Positions 15,612 through 26,490 of a stretch of 64,000 nucleotides of DNA are shown piece by piece (position 1 is the stretch's first letter; every line of letters starts with the position of its first letter). The position numbers were made by a program, and so were the translations under genes. Source of the DNA: Escherichia coli (lineage in GTDB: Bacteria > Pseudomonadota > Gammaproteobacteria > Enterobacterales > Enterobacteriaceae); the NCBI RefSeq assembly GCF_016026235.1, contig NZ_CP065613.1, one strand, 5' to 3'. The notes under the pieces were generated by a model. The model searched no databases. It saw only the letters and a program-made list of their open reading frames with translations, and had not been told where the DNA came from.

Positions 15612-16083
15612 TCATAAATCTGTTTGAGTGTTGCGATGGGTAGTGCAAGTTCGATATCTCCGCAATTTACAGTCCGATGAAGGAAAATGAATATCCATAA
15701 AAAATATATCGGTTTATCCTGGCGTATATACCTACTTCGACGTATTTCCAATAGTTGCTAATTAAAGGCAGGTCATTATTATTCACTCTGAATAATGAAT
15801 TATTCACTGTCCGCAGAGTAAGAAATATAACTTAGGTATCTATTTAATGACTTGCACAAAAAGCTAAATTTTCACCCATAAATAAAAATATAATCCCGCG
15901 CCCAACCACCTGATGAGTGGCTACAGGCACTGGATATATTAGGTGGCGGTGTACTTTCTTACATAAAGGTATTTCCTTTTCTGCGGAAAAGGAAACCGGG
16001 AAATCCCCGGTTTTTCTGACAAGCAGACGCCATTATTTGTGTCTGCCTATGTTCGTTAATTCGTTCATCAGGAAATTATCTCA

Positions 16084-19000
16084 ATGTCACGTTATAAAAC
16101 AGGTCATAAACAACCACGATTTCGTTATTCAGTTCTGGCCCGCTGCGTGGCGTGGGCAAATATCTCTGTTCAGGTTCTTTTTCCACTCGCTGTCACCTTT
16201 ACCCCAGTAATGGCGGCACGTGCGCAGCATGCGGTTCAGCCACGGTTGAGCATGGGAAATACCATGGTAACTGCTGATAATAATGTGGAGAAAAATGTCG
16301 CGTCGTTTGCCGCAAATGCCGGGACATTTTTAAGCAGTCAGCCAGATAGCGATGCGACACGTAATTTTATTACCGGAATGGCCACCGCTAAAGCTAACCA
16401 GGAAATACAGGAGTGGCTCGGGAAATATGGTACAGCGCGCGTCAAACTGAATGTCGATAAAGATTTCTCGCTGAAGGATTCTTCGCTGGAAATGCTTTAT
16501 CCGATTTATGATACGCCGACAAATATGTTGTTCACTCAGGGGGCAATACATCGTACAGACGATCGTACTCAGTCAAATATTGGTTTTGGCTGGCGTCATT
16601 TTTCAGGAAATGACTGGATGGCGGGGGTGAACACCTTTATCGACCATGATTTATCCCGTAGTCATACCCGCATTGGTGTTGGTGCGGAATACTGGCGCGA
16701 TTATCTGAAACTGAGCGCCAATGGTTATATTCGGGCTTCTGGCTGGAAAAAATCGCCGGATATTGAGGATTATCAGGAACGCCCGGCGAATGGTTGGGAT
16801 ATCCGCGCAGAGGGCTATTTACCTGCCTGGCCGCAGCTTGGCGCAAGCCTGATGTATGAACAGTATTATGGCGATGAAGTCGGGCTGTTTGGTAAAGATA
16901 AGCGCCAGAAAGACCCGCATGCGATTTCTGCCGAGGTGACCTATACGCCAGTGCCTCTTCTGACACTGAGCGCTGGGCATAAGCAGGGCAAGAGCGGTGA
17001 GAATGACACTCGCTTTGGCCTGGAAGTTAACTACCGAATTGGCGAACCTTTGGCGAAACAACTCGATACGGATAGCATTCGCGAGCGTCGGGTACTGGCA
17101 GGCAGCCGCTATGACCTGGTTGAGCGTAATAACAACATCGTTCTTGAGTACCGCAAATCTGAAGTGATCCGTATTGCTCTGCCTGAGCGTATTGAAGGTA
17201 AGGGCGGTCAGACACTTTCCCTCGGGCTTGTGGTCAGCAAAGCAACTCACGGACTGAAAAATGTGCAGTGGGAAGCGCCGTCATTACTGGCTGAAGGTGG
17301 CAAAATTACCGGTCAGGGTAGTCAGTGGCAAGTAACGCTCCCGGCTTATCGTCCAGGCAAAGACAATTATTATGCGATTTCTGCGGTTGCCTACGATAAC
17401 AAAGGCAATACCTCAAAACGCGTGCAGACAGAGGTGGTCATTACCGGAGCTGGTATGAGCGCCGATCGCACGGCGTTAACGCTTGACGGTCAGAGCCGTA
17501 TTCAAATGCTTGCTAACGGTAATGAGCAAAAACCGCTGGTGCTGTCTCTGCGCGACGCCGAGGGCCAGCCAGTCACGGGCATGAAAGATCAGATCAAGAC
17601 TGAACTAACTTTCAAACCGGCTGGAAATATTGTGACTCGTTCCCTGAAGGCCACTAAATCACAGGCAAAGCCAACACTGGGTGAGTTCACCGAAACTGAA
17701 GCAGGGGTGTATCAGTCTGTCTTTACTACCGGAACGCAGTCAGGTGAGGCAACGATTACTGTTAGCGTTGATGGCATGAGCAAAACCGTCACTGCAGAAC
17801 TGCGGGCCACGATGATGGATGTGGCAAACTCCACCCTGAGCGCTAACGAGCCGTCAGGTGACGTGGTTGCTGATGGTCAGCAAGCCTATACGTTGACGTT
17901 GACTGCGGTGGACTCCGAGGGTAATCCGGTGACGGGAGAAGCCAGCCGCTTGCGATTTGTTCCGCAAGACACTAATGGTGTAACCGTTGGTGCCATTTCG
18001 GAAATAAAACCAGGCGTTTACAGCGCCACGGTTTCTTCGACCCGTGCCGGAAACGTTGTTGTGCGTGCTTTCAGCGAGCAGTATCAGCTGGGCACATTAC
18101 AACAAACGCTGAAGTTTGTTGCCGGGCCGCTTGATGCAGCACATTCGTCCATCACCCTGAATCCTGATAAACCGGTGGTTGGGGGTACAGTTACGGCAAT
18201 CTGGACGGTAAAAGATGCCTATGACAACCCTGTGACCAGCCTCACGCCGGAAGCGCCGTCATTAGCGGGTGCCGCTGCTGAAGGTTCTACGGCATCGGGC
18301 TGGACAAATAATGGTGATGGGACGTGGACTGCGCAGATTACTCTCGGCTCTACGGCGGGTGAATTAGAAGTTATGCCGAAGCTAAATGGACAGAATGCGG
18401 CAGCAAATGCGGCAAAAGTAACCGTGGTGGCTGATGCGTTATCTTCAAACCAGTCGAAAGTCTCTGTCGCAGAAGACCACGTAAAAGCCGGCGAAAGCAC
18501 AACCGTGACGCTGGTGGCGAAAGATGCGCATGGCAACGCTATCAGTGGTCTTGCGTTGTCGGCAAGTTTGACGGGGACCGCCTCTGAAGGGGCGACCGTT
18601 TCCAGTTGGACCGAAAAAGGTGACGGTTCCTATGTTGCTACGTTGACTACAGGCGGAAAGACGGGCGAGCTTCGCGTCATGCCGCTCTTCAACGGCCAGC
18701 CAGCAGCCACCGAAGCCGCGCAGTTGACGGTCATCGCTGGGGAGATGTCATCAGCGAACTCTACGCTTGTTGCGGACAATAAGGCTCCGACCGTCAAAAC
18801 GACGACGGAACTCACCTTCACCGTGAAGGATGCGTACGGGAACCCGGTCACCGGGCTGAAGCCAGATGCACCAGTGTTTAGCGGTGCCGCCAGCACGGGG
18901 AGTGAGCGTCCTTCAGCAGGAAACTGGACAGAGAAAGGTAATGGGGTCTACGTGGCGACCTTAACGCTGGGATCTGCCGCGGGTCAGTTGTCTGTGATGC

Positions 19001-20340
19001 CGCGAGTGAACGGCCAAAATGCCGTTGCTCAGCCACTGGTGCTGAACGTTGCAGGTGACGCATCTAAGGCTGAGATTCGTGATATGACAGTGAAGGTTAA
19101 TAACCAACTGGCTAATGGACAGTCTGCTAACCAGATAACCCTGACCGTCGTGGACAGCTATGGTAATCCGTTGCAGGGGCAAGAAGTTACGCTGACTCTG
19201 CCGAAAGGTGTGACCAGCAAGACGGGGAATACGGTAACAACCGATGCGGCAGGTAAAGCCGACATTGAGCTGATGTCAACGGTTGCGGGAGAACACAATA
19301 TTTCCGCTTCGGTGAATGGTGCTCAGAAGACGGTCACGGTGAAATTCAAGGCGGATTTCAGTACCGGTCAGGCGACCCTGGAGGTTGATGGCAGCACGCC
19401 AAAAGTGGCAAACGACAATGATGCCTTTACGCTGACGGCAACGGTTAAGGATCAATACGGCAACCTTCTGCCTGGCGCTGTGGTCGTCTTTAATCTGCCT
19501 CGGGGCGTCAAACCGCTTGCAGACGGTAATATCATGGTGAACGCCGACAAGGAGGGTAAAGCGGAACTGAAAGTGGTCTCCGTGACTGCCGGAACGTATG
19601 AGATCACGGCGTCGGCAGGAAATGACCAGCCTTCAAATGCGCAGTCTGTAACGTTTGTGGCCGATAAGACTACGGCGACCATCTCCAGTATTGAGGTGAT
19701 TGGCAACCGTGCAGTGGCGGATGGCAAAACCAAACAGACGTATAAAGTTACGGTGACTGATGCCAATAACAACCTGTTGAAGGATAGCGACGTGACGCTG
19801 ACTGCCAGCTCGGAAAATTTAGTTCTGGATCCTAAAGGGACGGCGAAAACTAATGAGCAAGGACAGGCTGTTTTCACCGGCTCTACCACTATCGCAGCGA
19901 CATATACACTCACGGCGAAAGTGGAACAGGCCAACGGTCAGGTATCGACGAAAACTGCTGAATCTAAATTCGTCGCGGATGATAAAAACGCGGTGCTCGC
20001 CGCATCTCCAGAACGTGTAGATTCTCTGGTGGCGGACGGGAAGACTACTGCAACAATGACGGTTACCCTGATGGCGGGAGTCAATCCCGTAGGAGGAAGT
20101 ATGTGGGTCGACATTGAGGCTCCGGAAGGAGTGACGGAGAAGGATTATCAATTCCTGCCGTCGAAGGCTGACCATTTCTCAGGTGGGAAAATCACGCGTA
20201 CATTTAGTACCAGCAAGCCAGGTGTCTATACGTTCACATTCAACGTACTGACGTATGGCGGGTACGAAATGGCGCCTGTGAAGGTGACAATTAACGCCGT
20301 TGCTGCAGAGACTGAAAATGGCGAGGAGGAGATGCCATAA
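16084..20340 (+). CDS. eaeH: Intimin/invasin-family adhesin EaeH (FdeC), intact, 1418 aa
   Basis: N-terminal inverse-autotransporter beta-barrel region followed by many Big (bacterial Ig-like) repeats; position between ykgM side and ykgA. Confidence 0.85.
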   Translation: MSRYKTGHKQPRFRYSVLARCVAWANISVQVLFPLAVTFTPVMAARAQHAVQPRLSMGNTMVTADNNVEKNVASFAANAGTFLSSQPDSDATRNFITGMATAKANQEIQEWLGKYGTARVKLNVDKDFSLKDSSLEMLYPIYDTPTNMLFTQGAIHRTDDRTQSNIGFGWRHFSGNDWMAGVNTFIDHDLSRSHTRIGVGAEYWRDYLKLSANGYIRASGWKKSPDIEDYQERPANGWDIRAEGYLPAWPQLGASLMYEQYYGDEVGLFGKDKRQKDPHAISAEVTYTPVPLLTLSAGHKQGKSGENDTRFGLEVNYRIGEPLAKQLDTDSIRERRVLAGSRYDLVERNNNIVLEYRKSEVIRIALPERIEGKGGQTLSLGLVVSKATHGLKNVQWEAPSLLAEGGKITGQGSQWQVTLPAYRPGKDNYYAISAVAYDNKGNTSKRVQTEVVITGAGMSADRTALTLDGQSRIQMLANGNEQKPLVLSLRDAEGQPVTGMKDQIKTELTFKPAGNIVTRSLKATKSQAKPTLGEFTETEAGVYQSVFTTGTQSGEATITVSVDGMSKTVTAELRATMMDVANSTLSANEPSGDVVADGQQAYTLTLTAVDSEGNPVTGEASRLRFVPQDTNGVTVGAISEIKPGVYSATVSSTRAGNVVVRAFSEQYQLGTLQQTLKFVAGPLDAAHSSITLNPDKPVVGGTVTAIWTVKDAYDNPVTSLTPEAPSLAGAAAEGSTASGWTNNGDGTWTAQITLGSTAGELEVMPKLNGQNAAANAAKVTVVADALSSNQSKVSVAEDHVKAGESTTVTLVAKDAHGNAISGLALSASLTGTASEGATVSSWTEKGDGSYVATLTTGGKTGELRVMPLFNGQPAATEAAQLTVIAGEMSSANSTLVADNKAPTVKTTTELTFTVKDAYGNPVTGLKPDAPVFSGAASTGSERPSAGNWTEKGNGVYVATLTLGSAAGQLSVMPRVNGQNAVAQPLVLNVAGDASKAEIRDMTVKVNNQLANGQSANQITLTVVDSYGNPLQGQEVTLTLPKGVTSKTGNTVTTDAAGKADIELMSTVAGEHNISASVNGAQKTVTVKFKADFSTGQATLEVDGSTPKVANDNDAFTLTATVKDQYGNLLPGAVVVFNLPRGVKPLADGNIMVNADKEGKAELKVVSVTAGTYEITASAGNDQPSNAQSVTFVADKTTATISSIEVIGNRAVADGKTKQTYKVTVTDANNNLLKDSDVTLTASSENLVLDPKGTAKTNEQGQAVFTGSTTIAATYTLTAKVEQANGQVSTKTAESKFVADDKNAVLAASPERVDSLVADGKTTATMTVTLMAGVNPVGGSMWVDIEAPEGVTEKDYQFLPSKADHFSGGKITRTFSTSKPGVYTFTFNVLTYGGYEMAPVKVTINAVAAETENGEEEMP

Positions 20341-20415
20341 TTTGAATAGTATGAAAGTTACGATCTAATAAAGAATAATGGTGTTGAAATATTCAACGCC
20401 ATTATTCACTGAATA

Positions 20416-20451
20416 CCTTGCCTGATACTGATTAAATAGTATCAGGCAAGG
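20416..20451. terminator. Hairpin (14-bp perfect stem, 8-nt loop) between convergent eaeH and ykgA-like gene; likely bidirectional terminator
   Basis: CCTTGCCTGATACT / loop GATTAAAT / AGTATCAGGCAAGG read directly. Confidence 0.5.
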
Positions 20452-20479
20452 ATAAAACTCAATAAGAGATAGTGACCAA

Positions 20480-21364
20480 CTAAACCGGACGAACGGGAAT
20501 AAAAATTTCGCAAACAACATCATTGCCATCCTTTTCTACGAAATCTTCATTGTAATAAAAGCGCTCAATATCGCTGCCGTTCACTCTGGCTAACCCCCTG
20601 GCAGGCAACTCTATCAGATAGATGTTACGCACCCAGTCAGGATAATTTTCCCAGTTTCCTTCATAACGGAAAGAGGCATAAAGTCCTCGGGTCGTTGTCC
20701 ACTCTTTTGGCATGTCAGCATATTCACATACCGTACCAGCAAAAGTTTCAACCGTGAGCAAATCGACCGATTTTGTTGACGGTTCAAACGTGGAGACGAA
20801 ATAGATATCCGTCTTATAATTCTTCATACATCTGGCTAAATGATGACGTCGTAGTTTGACTTCTTCATCCGGTGATTTATTCGACACCTCAATGTCATAT
20901 TTAAATGAGTTGCCAAAAATAGGTGTCTCAGGAAAGTTGACTAATCGACACTCCGTCTTTTGCTGTTGACGTATTAAAAAAGAAGGGAAGATATTTGCGA
21001 GATCCCAATAATCACGGTGGCGGTATTCACGGGGAGAGCAGCCGAATAACTTTTTAAATTCGCGGCTGAATGACTGCTGTGAATCAAAATGCAAAGAGAG
21101 TGCAATATCAAGCATAGATTTCGCGGTGAGCCGGACAAGAATGGCGGCACGGCAAAGCCTTCGTTTGCGAATGTATTCTCCCAAAGGCACATGCATGAAA
21201 TTTCGGAACAGAAGCTGGATGTTGCGTCTGCTGTAGCCAGATTTCTGTGCGATATCTTCGATTGAAATAGGGTGCTCAAGATTGCACTCAATCCACTCCA
21301 GGAGCTGCTGTAGAATCTTCTGCCTGATCATCACATTCTCCATTAATTCTTCGTCATATCGCAC
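20480..21364 (-). CDS. ykgA: AraC/XylS-family transcriptional regulator (294 aa), ykgA-like
   Basis: N-terminal AraC-type double HTH; C-terminal effector domain; synteny next to eaeH. Confidence 0.7.
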   Translation of the reverse strand: MRYDEELMENVMIRQKILQQLLEWIECNLEHPISIEDIAQKSGYSRRNIQLLFRNFMHVPLGEYIRKRRLCRAAILVRLTAKSMLDIALSLHFDSQQSFSREFKKLFGCSPREYRHRDYWDLANIFPSFLIRQQQKTECRLVNFPETPIFGNSFKYDIEVSNKSPDEEVKLRRHHLARCMKNYKTDIYFVSTFEPSTKSVDLLTVETFAGTVCEYADMPKEWTTTRGLYASFRYEGNWENYPDWVRNIYLIELPARGLARVNGSDIERFYYNEDFVEKDGNDVVCEIFIPVRPV

Positions 21365-21577
21365 ATTTTCGTTATGCCCTGGGCCCTAGTGTATCAAAAA
21401 CAGCAAGTCCGAAGGCAAAAGCACTGGTAGCGTCTGCTTCATTGCCCAAAAAATAGAGAGGTTTCAGTCCTACATTATTAATGAATTTTTTGCATAAGTG
21501 ATATCAAAATCCACATACTAATTTGAGGTTACGTTTTAACGTAGACTCATTGTTCATGCCTAATGGAGGGACTGACA

Positions 21578-22447
21578 GTGGAATTTTCCGTATTAAGTAA
21601 CAATCTGAAAATGCCGATGATGGGATTTGGTGTTTTTCAGGTTACCGATAAAAACGTGTGCAAACAGTCAGTGTTGAACGCTATCCGCACGGGGTATCGA
21701 CTCATCGACACTGCAGCGGTATACGGTAATGAAGATGCTGTCGGTGAAGCCGTTCGTGAAGCCATATCCGAAGGTTTATGTACCCGAGAAGAGTTATTTA
21801 TAACGTCTAAATTGTGGGTGCAGGATATGTTGAATCAGGATACGGCAGCAGCAGGTATTGAAGCATCATTAAAAAAATCGGGACTAGAATACTTCGACCT
21901 CTATTTATTGCATCAGGCTATGCGCGATTATTTCAGTGCGTGGCGTGCACTCGAAGATGCCTATGAAGAGGGCAAATTAAAAGCGATTGGGGTTTCCAAT
22001 TTCTATCCTCATGTTCTGGCGAACTTTTGTGAAACGGTAAGAGTTAAACCGATGGTCAACTAGGTCGAGTTGCATCCCTATTTTGCCCAACCAGAGGCGC
22101 TGGCAACCATGAAGTATTATAACGTGCAGCCTGAAGCATGGGCTCCGTTAGGTGGTGGACGACATAAACCCTTTGAAAATAATCTGCTTCAGAGTATTGC
22201 AGATGCCCATCAAAAATCGATTTTTCAAGTCATTCTGCGTTGGAATATTCAACGGGGAGTGGTCGTTATTCCGAAATCGACACATCAACAGCGTATCGAA
22301 GAAAATTTCGCTATCTGGGATTTCTCACTGACAGAGAAAGAAATGGCACAAATTAGTTCGCTTGATTTGGGTTATGTTGGGGAGTCGGTAAAACATTTTA
22401 ATCCTGAATTTGTTCGTGGTTGTCTTGCTGTAAAAATACATGATTGA
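21578..22447 (+). pseudogene. Aldo-keto reductase interrupted by in-frame amber codon (TAG at 22061..22063)
   Basis: Two ORFs in same frame (21563..22063 and 22070..22447) separated only by TAG; paralog at 14667..15518 has Gln (VNQVEV) where this has stop (VN*VEL); GTG 21578 with GGAGG RBS. Confidence 0.7.
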
Positions 22448-22606
22448 TATTAATCATGTATTTTTCCTGAGACGACAAGAATCTTTTAACAGGGGAGTGA
22501 TATTGATCTTCACTCTGTCATATCTCCGGTAATATGGCGTCAGGCTTCATCATCAGAAAGGGGGCCTGACGCCTGAAAAAGTGAACAACAGACAGTGTTC
22601 GGATTA

Positions 22607-23200
22607 TCAATATTCAGTTTTTAACGTTGAACTGGATTCATTACTGCGTTGTTTAAGAATTTCCCGCGCCGAATCTGCCATTATCATGACAGCACCTGCC
22701 AGCATCAGAGTATCTTTCAATACCAAGCGACCAGCACCGGATAAATAAGGGAAACCATGATGAGCGTCACCCAATGCGGGTACCCATGCCTCCGGGGTGG
22801 TGATTAAAAATGAGAGTGTTACCAACGGTGTGGTAAATGCCATCAGCCCTCCCAATAAACCTAACCAGCGATTGACAGGATTAGCCAAAACCAGCAGAGC
22901 AATAATCACCTCCACGACGCCAAGACCGTTGGAAAAACCATAGGTATTATTGGCCGATTGCCATGCCCTTGCTTCTGGTTTGTATTCGCCTTCGTGAGTC
23001 AGATACTGTTTATAGTCTTCCGGGTGTTCATAAAAGAACGACATTAGTGGACTGTTTGCGACGAATGGTGTAATGCTGTCTGCCTCGTAAGGGACAAACT
23101 TTAATAACCCAATCCACATAAAAACAATTGCAATACTCAGACGAATCAATGTCAGGCCAATTTTATCTCCCCGACTTAACAGGTGCAGGTATTTTTCCAT
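22607..23200 (-). CDS. rclC: RclC (YkgB) inner-membrane protein of reactive chlorine resistance operon
   Basis: Start at MEKYLHLLSRGDKIG; hydrophobic; synteny rclABC. Confidence 0.85.
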   Translation of the reverse strand: MEKYLHLLSRGDKIGLTLIRLSIAIVFMWIGLLKFVPYEADSITPFVANSPLMSFFYEHPEDYKQYLTHEGEYKPEARAWQSANNTYGFSNGLGVVEVIIALLVLANPVNRWLGLLGGLMAFTTPLVTLSFLITTPEAWVPALGDAHHGFPYLSGAGRLVLKDTLMLAGAVMIMADSAREILKQRSNESSSTLKTEY

Positions 23201-23211
23201 TGTGAACATCC

Positions 23212-23448
23212 TTATTTATACAATACTGCTGTTGCGGTTGAATTATTATCAATTCGCATCGATGTGACTTTCCAGGATGAAGCATTATATTTTCTGGCTA
23301 TATCAGCAATGGCATCCTCCAGAACTGTCGGTGATGCTGATACTGACGAGACGCTGATATGTTTCAGAATTATTTTATCATCTGCATTGGTGGAAAATGC
23401 CATAACGCCAGATAATAGTGTTGCAAATAAAACAGATTTTTTAAACAT
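23212..23448 (-). CDS. rclB: RclB (YkgI) small periplasmic protein, 78 aa
   Basis: MFKKSVLFATLLSGVMA signal peptide; synteny. Confidence 0.85.
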   Translation of the reverse strand: MFKKSVLFATLLSGVMAFSTNADDKIILKHISVSSVSASPTVLEDAIADIARKYNASSWKVTSMRIDNNSTATAVLYK

Positions 23449-23556
23449 ATAAAATACCATCAATGAAGTGATTAAGAAGTTATAGAGTAACAGGGAATTA
23501 ATAAGATTCTTTTCTCTGAGACGCCAGAATATTTGTTCTGGCGTCTGATTTTGAGT

Positions 23557-24882
23557 TTATTTGACTAATGAAAATAGATCATTGAGTGATTCGCTCATCG
23601 ACGGATGAGTAAATATCTGATCGCGTAATATGCTATAAGGCAGCCCGGCATCCATCACCATTTTCACTATATTAATCATCTCGTGGGAGTCAACACACAG
23701 CAGTGATGCCCCTAATATACGTTGGGTTTTATTATCAACAATCGCTTTTAATACCCCACGGGTATCGTTCATCACTCTGGCACGCGGAATTGCAGCTACA
23801 GGCAATGTCACCACCTGAATATCAGCACCACTCTCTCTGGCTTGTTCTTCTGTCATACCAACCCTGGACAGGGGCGGTGTCATAAATACGGAATAAGGCA
23901 CATTTTTCCGATCATCAGTACTACGTTTGCCTTCACCCAGTAACTCATCACGTACAATGCGGTAATCATCCAGTGATATGTAAGTAAATTGCAGCCCGCC
24001 GGTAACATCTCCCATCGCCCAAATATTGTCTGCGGTGGTATGTAATCGCTTGTCAACGACAATTGCCCCACGCTCGTTTACTGCGATACCGGCATTTTCT
24101 GGATGTAACGAAGCGGTAGCCGGTTGACGACCGGAAGCTATTAACAGTGCATCCACCGCCAGTTGGGCGTGCTCGCTATGCACTTGCACTTGATTTTCAT
24201 GGTGACTGATTCGCTCCACATGGGCATTGAGGATAATATCGACGCCCTGATCGCGTAAAATCGTCGCGATATTATCAGCAATATCCCGATCTTCCCGAGG
24301 CAAAAACAGCGAAGCTGCTTCTAAAATGGTTACCTTGCTGCCAAAATTAGCGAACATAGAGGCGAACTCAACGCCAATATATCCGCCGCCCAAAATATCT
24401 AAATGCCCAGGCAATTCTTTTAGATTAAGTAATCCGGTGCTGTCATATACACCAGGCGTGGTGGTAATTCCAGGAATTGGCGGAACCACGGTTTGTGCAC
24501 CGGTATTAATAAAAATTTTCTCGCCATGAATTTCCAGATTTCCCTCAGGCCGATGAACACGCAGGCTATGATTATTGATAAACTCCGCCTGGCCGTCGAT
24601 CACGTCGATATTGGGCATATCCGCAAGATTATGAAAATTCTTATTACGTAAAAAATTAACCACTTCATTTTTACGCTGTATGGCACGGACAAAATCTGTG
24701 TGCTGCTGTGCGTCATGAACCAATGTTTTGGTTGGGATGCAGCCGATATTAATACAGGTCCCGCCATACATTGCATTTGATTGTTCGATGAGAGCCACTC
24801 GCCAACCTGCTTTTGCCAGCGTGACGGCTAATGTTTTTCCAGCCTTGCCAAAACCAATAATAACTGCCTGATATTTATTCAT
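23557..24882 (-). CDS. rclA: RclA (YkgC) pyridine nucleotide-disulfide oxidoreductase, 441 aa
   Basis: GFGKAG FAD-binding motif and CxxxxC redox motif (GGTCINIGC); start MNKYQAVIIG. Confidence 0.9.
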   Translation of the reverse strand: MNKYQAVIIGFGKAGKTLAVTLAKAGWRVALIEQSNAMYGGTCINIGCIPTKTLVHDAQQHTDFVRAIQRKNEVVNFLRNKNFHNLADMPNIDVIDGQAEFINNHSLRVHRPEGNLEIHGEKIFINTGAQTVVPPIPGITTTPGVYDSTGLLNLKELPGHLDILGGGYIGVEFASMFANFGSKVTILEAASLFLPREDRDIADNIATILRDQGVDIILNAHVERISHHENQVQVHSEHAQLAVDALLIASGRQPATASLHPENAGIAVNERGAIVVDKRLHTTADNIWAMGDVTGGLQFTYISLDDYRIVRDELLGEGKRSTDDRKNVPYSVFMTPPLSRVGMTEEQARESGADIQVVTLPVAAIPRARVMNDTRGVLKAIVDNKTQRILGASLLCVDSHEMINIVKMVMDAGLPYSILRDQIFTHPSMSESLNDLFSLVK

Positions 24883-25107
24883 GATGATTTCCTGTCGAAA
24901 CGCGTTCATTTGACATCATGACTATAGACGCAAAAGAGCAAATACCATTTCTTCACAACGCTTGATATTTTGTCTTATCGTCTGGTATTTTCTTTTTCTT
25001 AATCAGAATCACAAAACAAAAATCATGATTAACCATTTGATGGTATTAGATTAGTTATTTACTAAGATTGTTGGTGTTTGTAATCAAAAACCACTCAGGA
25101 GTCTGAT

Positions 25108-25962
25108 ATGGATGCCCTTAGCCGTTTGTTGATGCTTAACGCTCCACAAGGAACGATCGATAAGAATTGCGTGTTAGGAAGTGACTGGCAGCTTCCACAT
25201 GGTGCCGGGGAATTATCGGTTATTCGTTGGCATGCGTTAACGCGAGGAGCGGCGAAGCTGGAAATGCCGACGGGAGAGATTTTTACATTACGCCCGGGAA
25301 ATGTGGTCCTGCTACCACAAAATTCAGCTCATCGCCTGAGTCATGTCGATAATGAATCGACCTGTATTGTCTGCGGCACTCTTCGGTTGCAACATTCGGC
25401 GCGTTATTTTTTAACGTCTTTGCCGGAAACGCTGTTTTTAGCACCGGTTAACCACAGCGTGGAATATAACTGGCTGAGGGAGGCGATCCCGTTTTTACAA
25501 CAGGAATCCAGATCGGCGATGCCGGGAGTGGATGCACTGTGTAGCCAGATCTGCGCTACATTCTTTACCCTCGCGGTGCGTGAGTGGATTGCACAGGTTA
25601 ATACAGAGAAAAACATTCTCAGTTTGCTTCTGCATCCACGTCTTGGTGCGGTAATACAGCAAATGCTGGAAATGCCAGGACACGCCTGGACCGTCGAATC
25701 GCTGGCCAGCATCGCCCACATGTCTCGGGCAAGTTTTGCCCAGCTTTTCCGTGATGTTTCCGGAACCACGCCGCTGGCTGTATTAACAAAGTTGCGTCTA
25801 CAAATAGCGGCCCAGATGTTTTCCCGGGAAATGCTCCCTGTTGTGGTGATCGCTGAGTCAGTAGGCTATGCCAGTGAATCATCTTTTCACAAGGCGTTTG
25901 TCCGCGAGTTTGGTTGTACTCCGGGAGAATATCGGGAAAGGGTCAGACAGCTTGCACCCTGA
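25108..25962 (+). CDS. rclR: RclR (YkgD) AraC-family redox-sensing activator, 284 aa
   Basis: Divergent from rclA; C-terminal AraC HTH; conserved Cys residues in N-terminal domain. Confidence 0.9.
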   Translation: MDALSRLLMLNAPQGTIDKNCVLGSDWQLPHGAGELSVIRWHALTRGAAKLEMPTGEIFTLRPGNVVLLPQNSAHRLSHVDNESTCIVCGTLRLQHSARYFLTSLPETLFLAPVNHSVEYNWLREAIPFLQQESRSAMPGVDALCSQICATFFTLAVREWIAQVNTEKNILSLLLHPRLGAVIQQMLEMPGHAWTVESLASIAHMSRASFAQLFRDVSGTTPLAVLTKLRLQIAAQMFSREMLPVVVIAESVGYASESSFHKAFVREFGCTPGEYRERVRQLAP

Positions 25963-26490
25963 ATAAAACCGCCAGAAATCAGGGCAAAGATAATCCGCAT
26001 TCCGGGAGTTGTGAGCCTTTCAACTATTTCTATTTCCAACGGTGGTTTGGGCTTTATATATTTTTTTTCTGATGGACTCTAGCTCAGTTTTTAAATAAAA
26101 ATGCAAACTAAATTGCTTCAATTAAATAAAACCCCGACTATTACTTGATACGTGATTATTGTCGGTGATTTTTTTGTACACCATCAGTGTATATCTCAAT
26201 AACCCCTGAATAAGTAGCTCTGAATAGGTATAAGGGATGTAGCCTTTTTAAATGGATTTCTTATGCCAAAAATGAACGTCGATTTCCCCATAAAATGTGA
26301 GCGATGCCGAAAGAAATAAAATTAGTTATTGCATTTGAAGTTTGGATGAAAGATTATCATTTGTCATACAAATGAGGGGTGGTATGTTGCTAGCCAATTA
26401 AAAAAGAACGCCATATTTATTGATGATTGCTCCCCCGGAAGGAGGGGAACCATCGGGCATAAATGGGCATGAAGTAATGGAGTATTAGTT

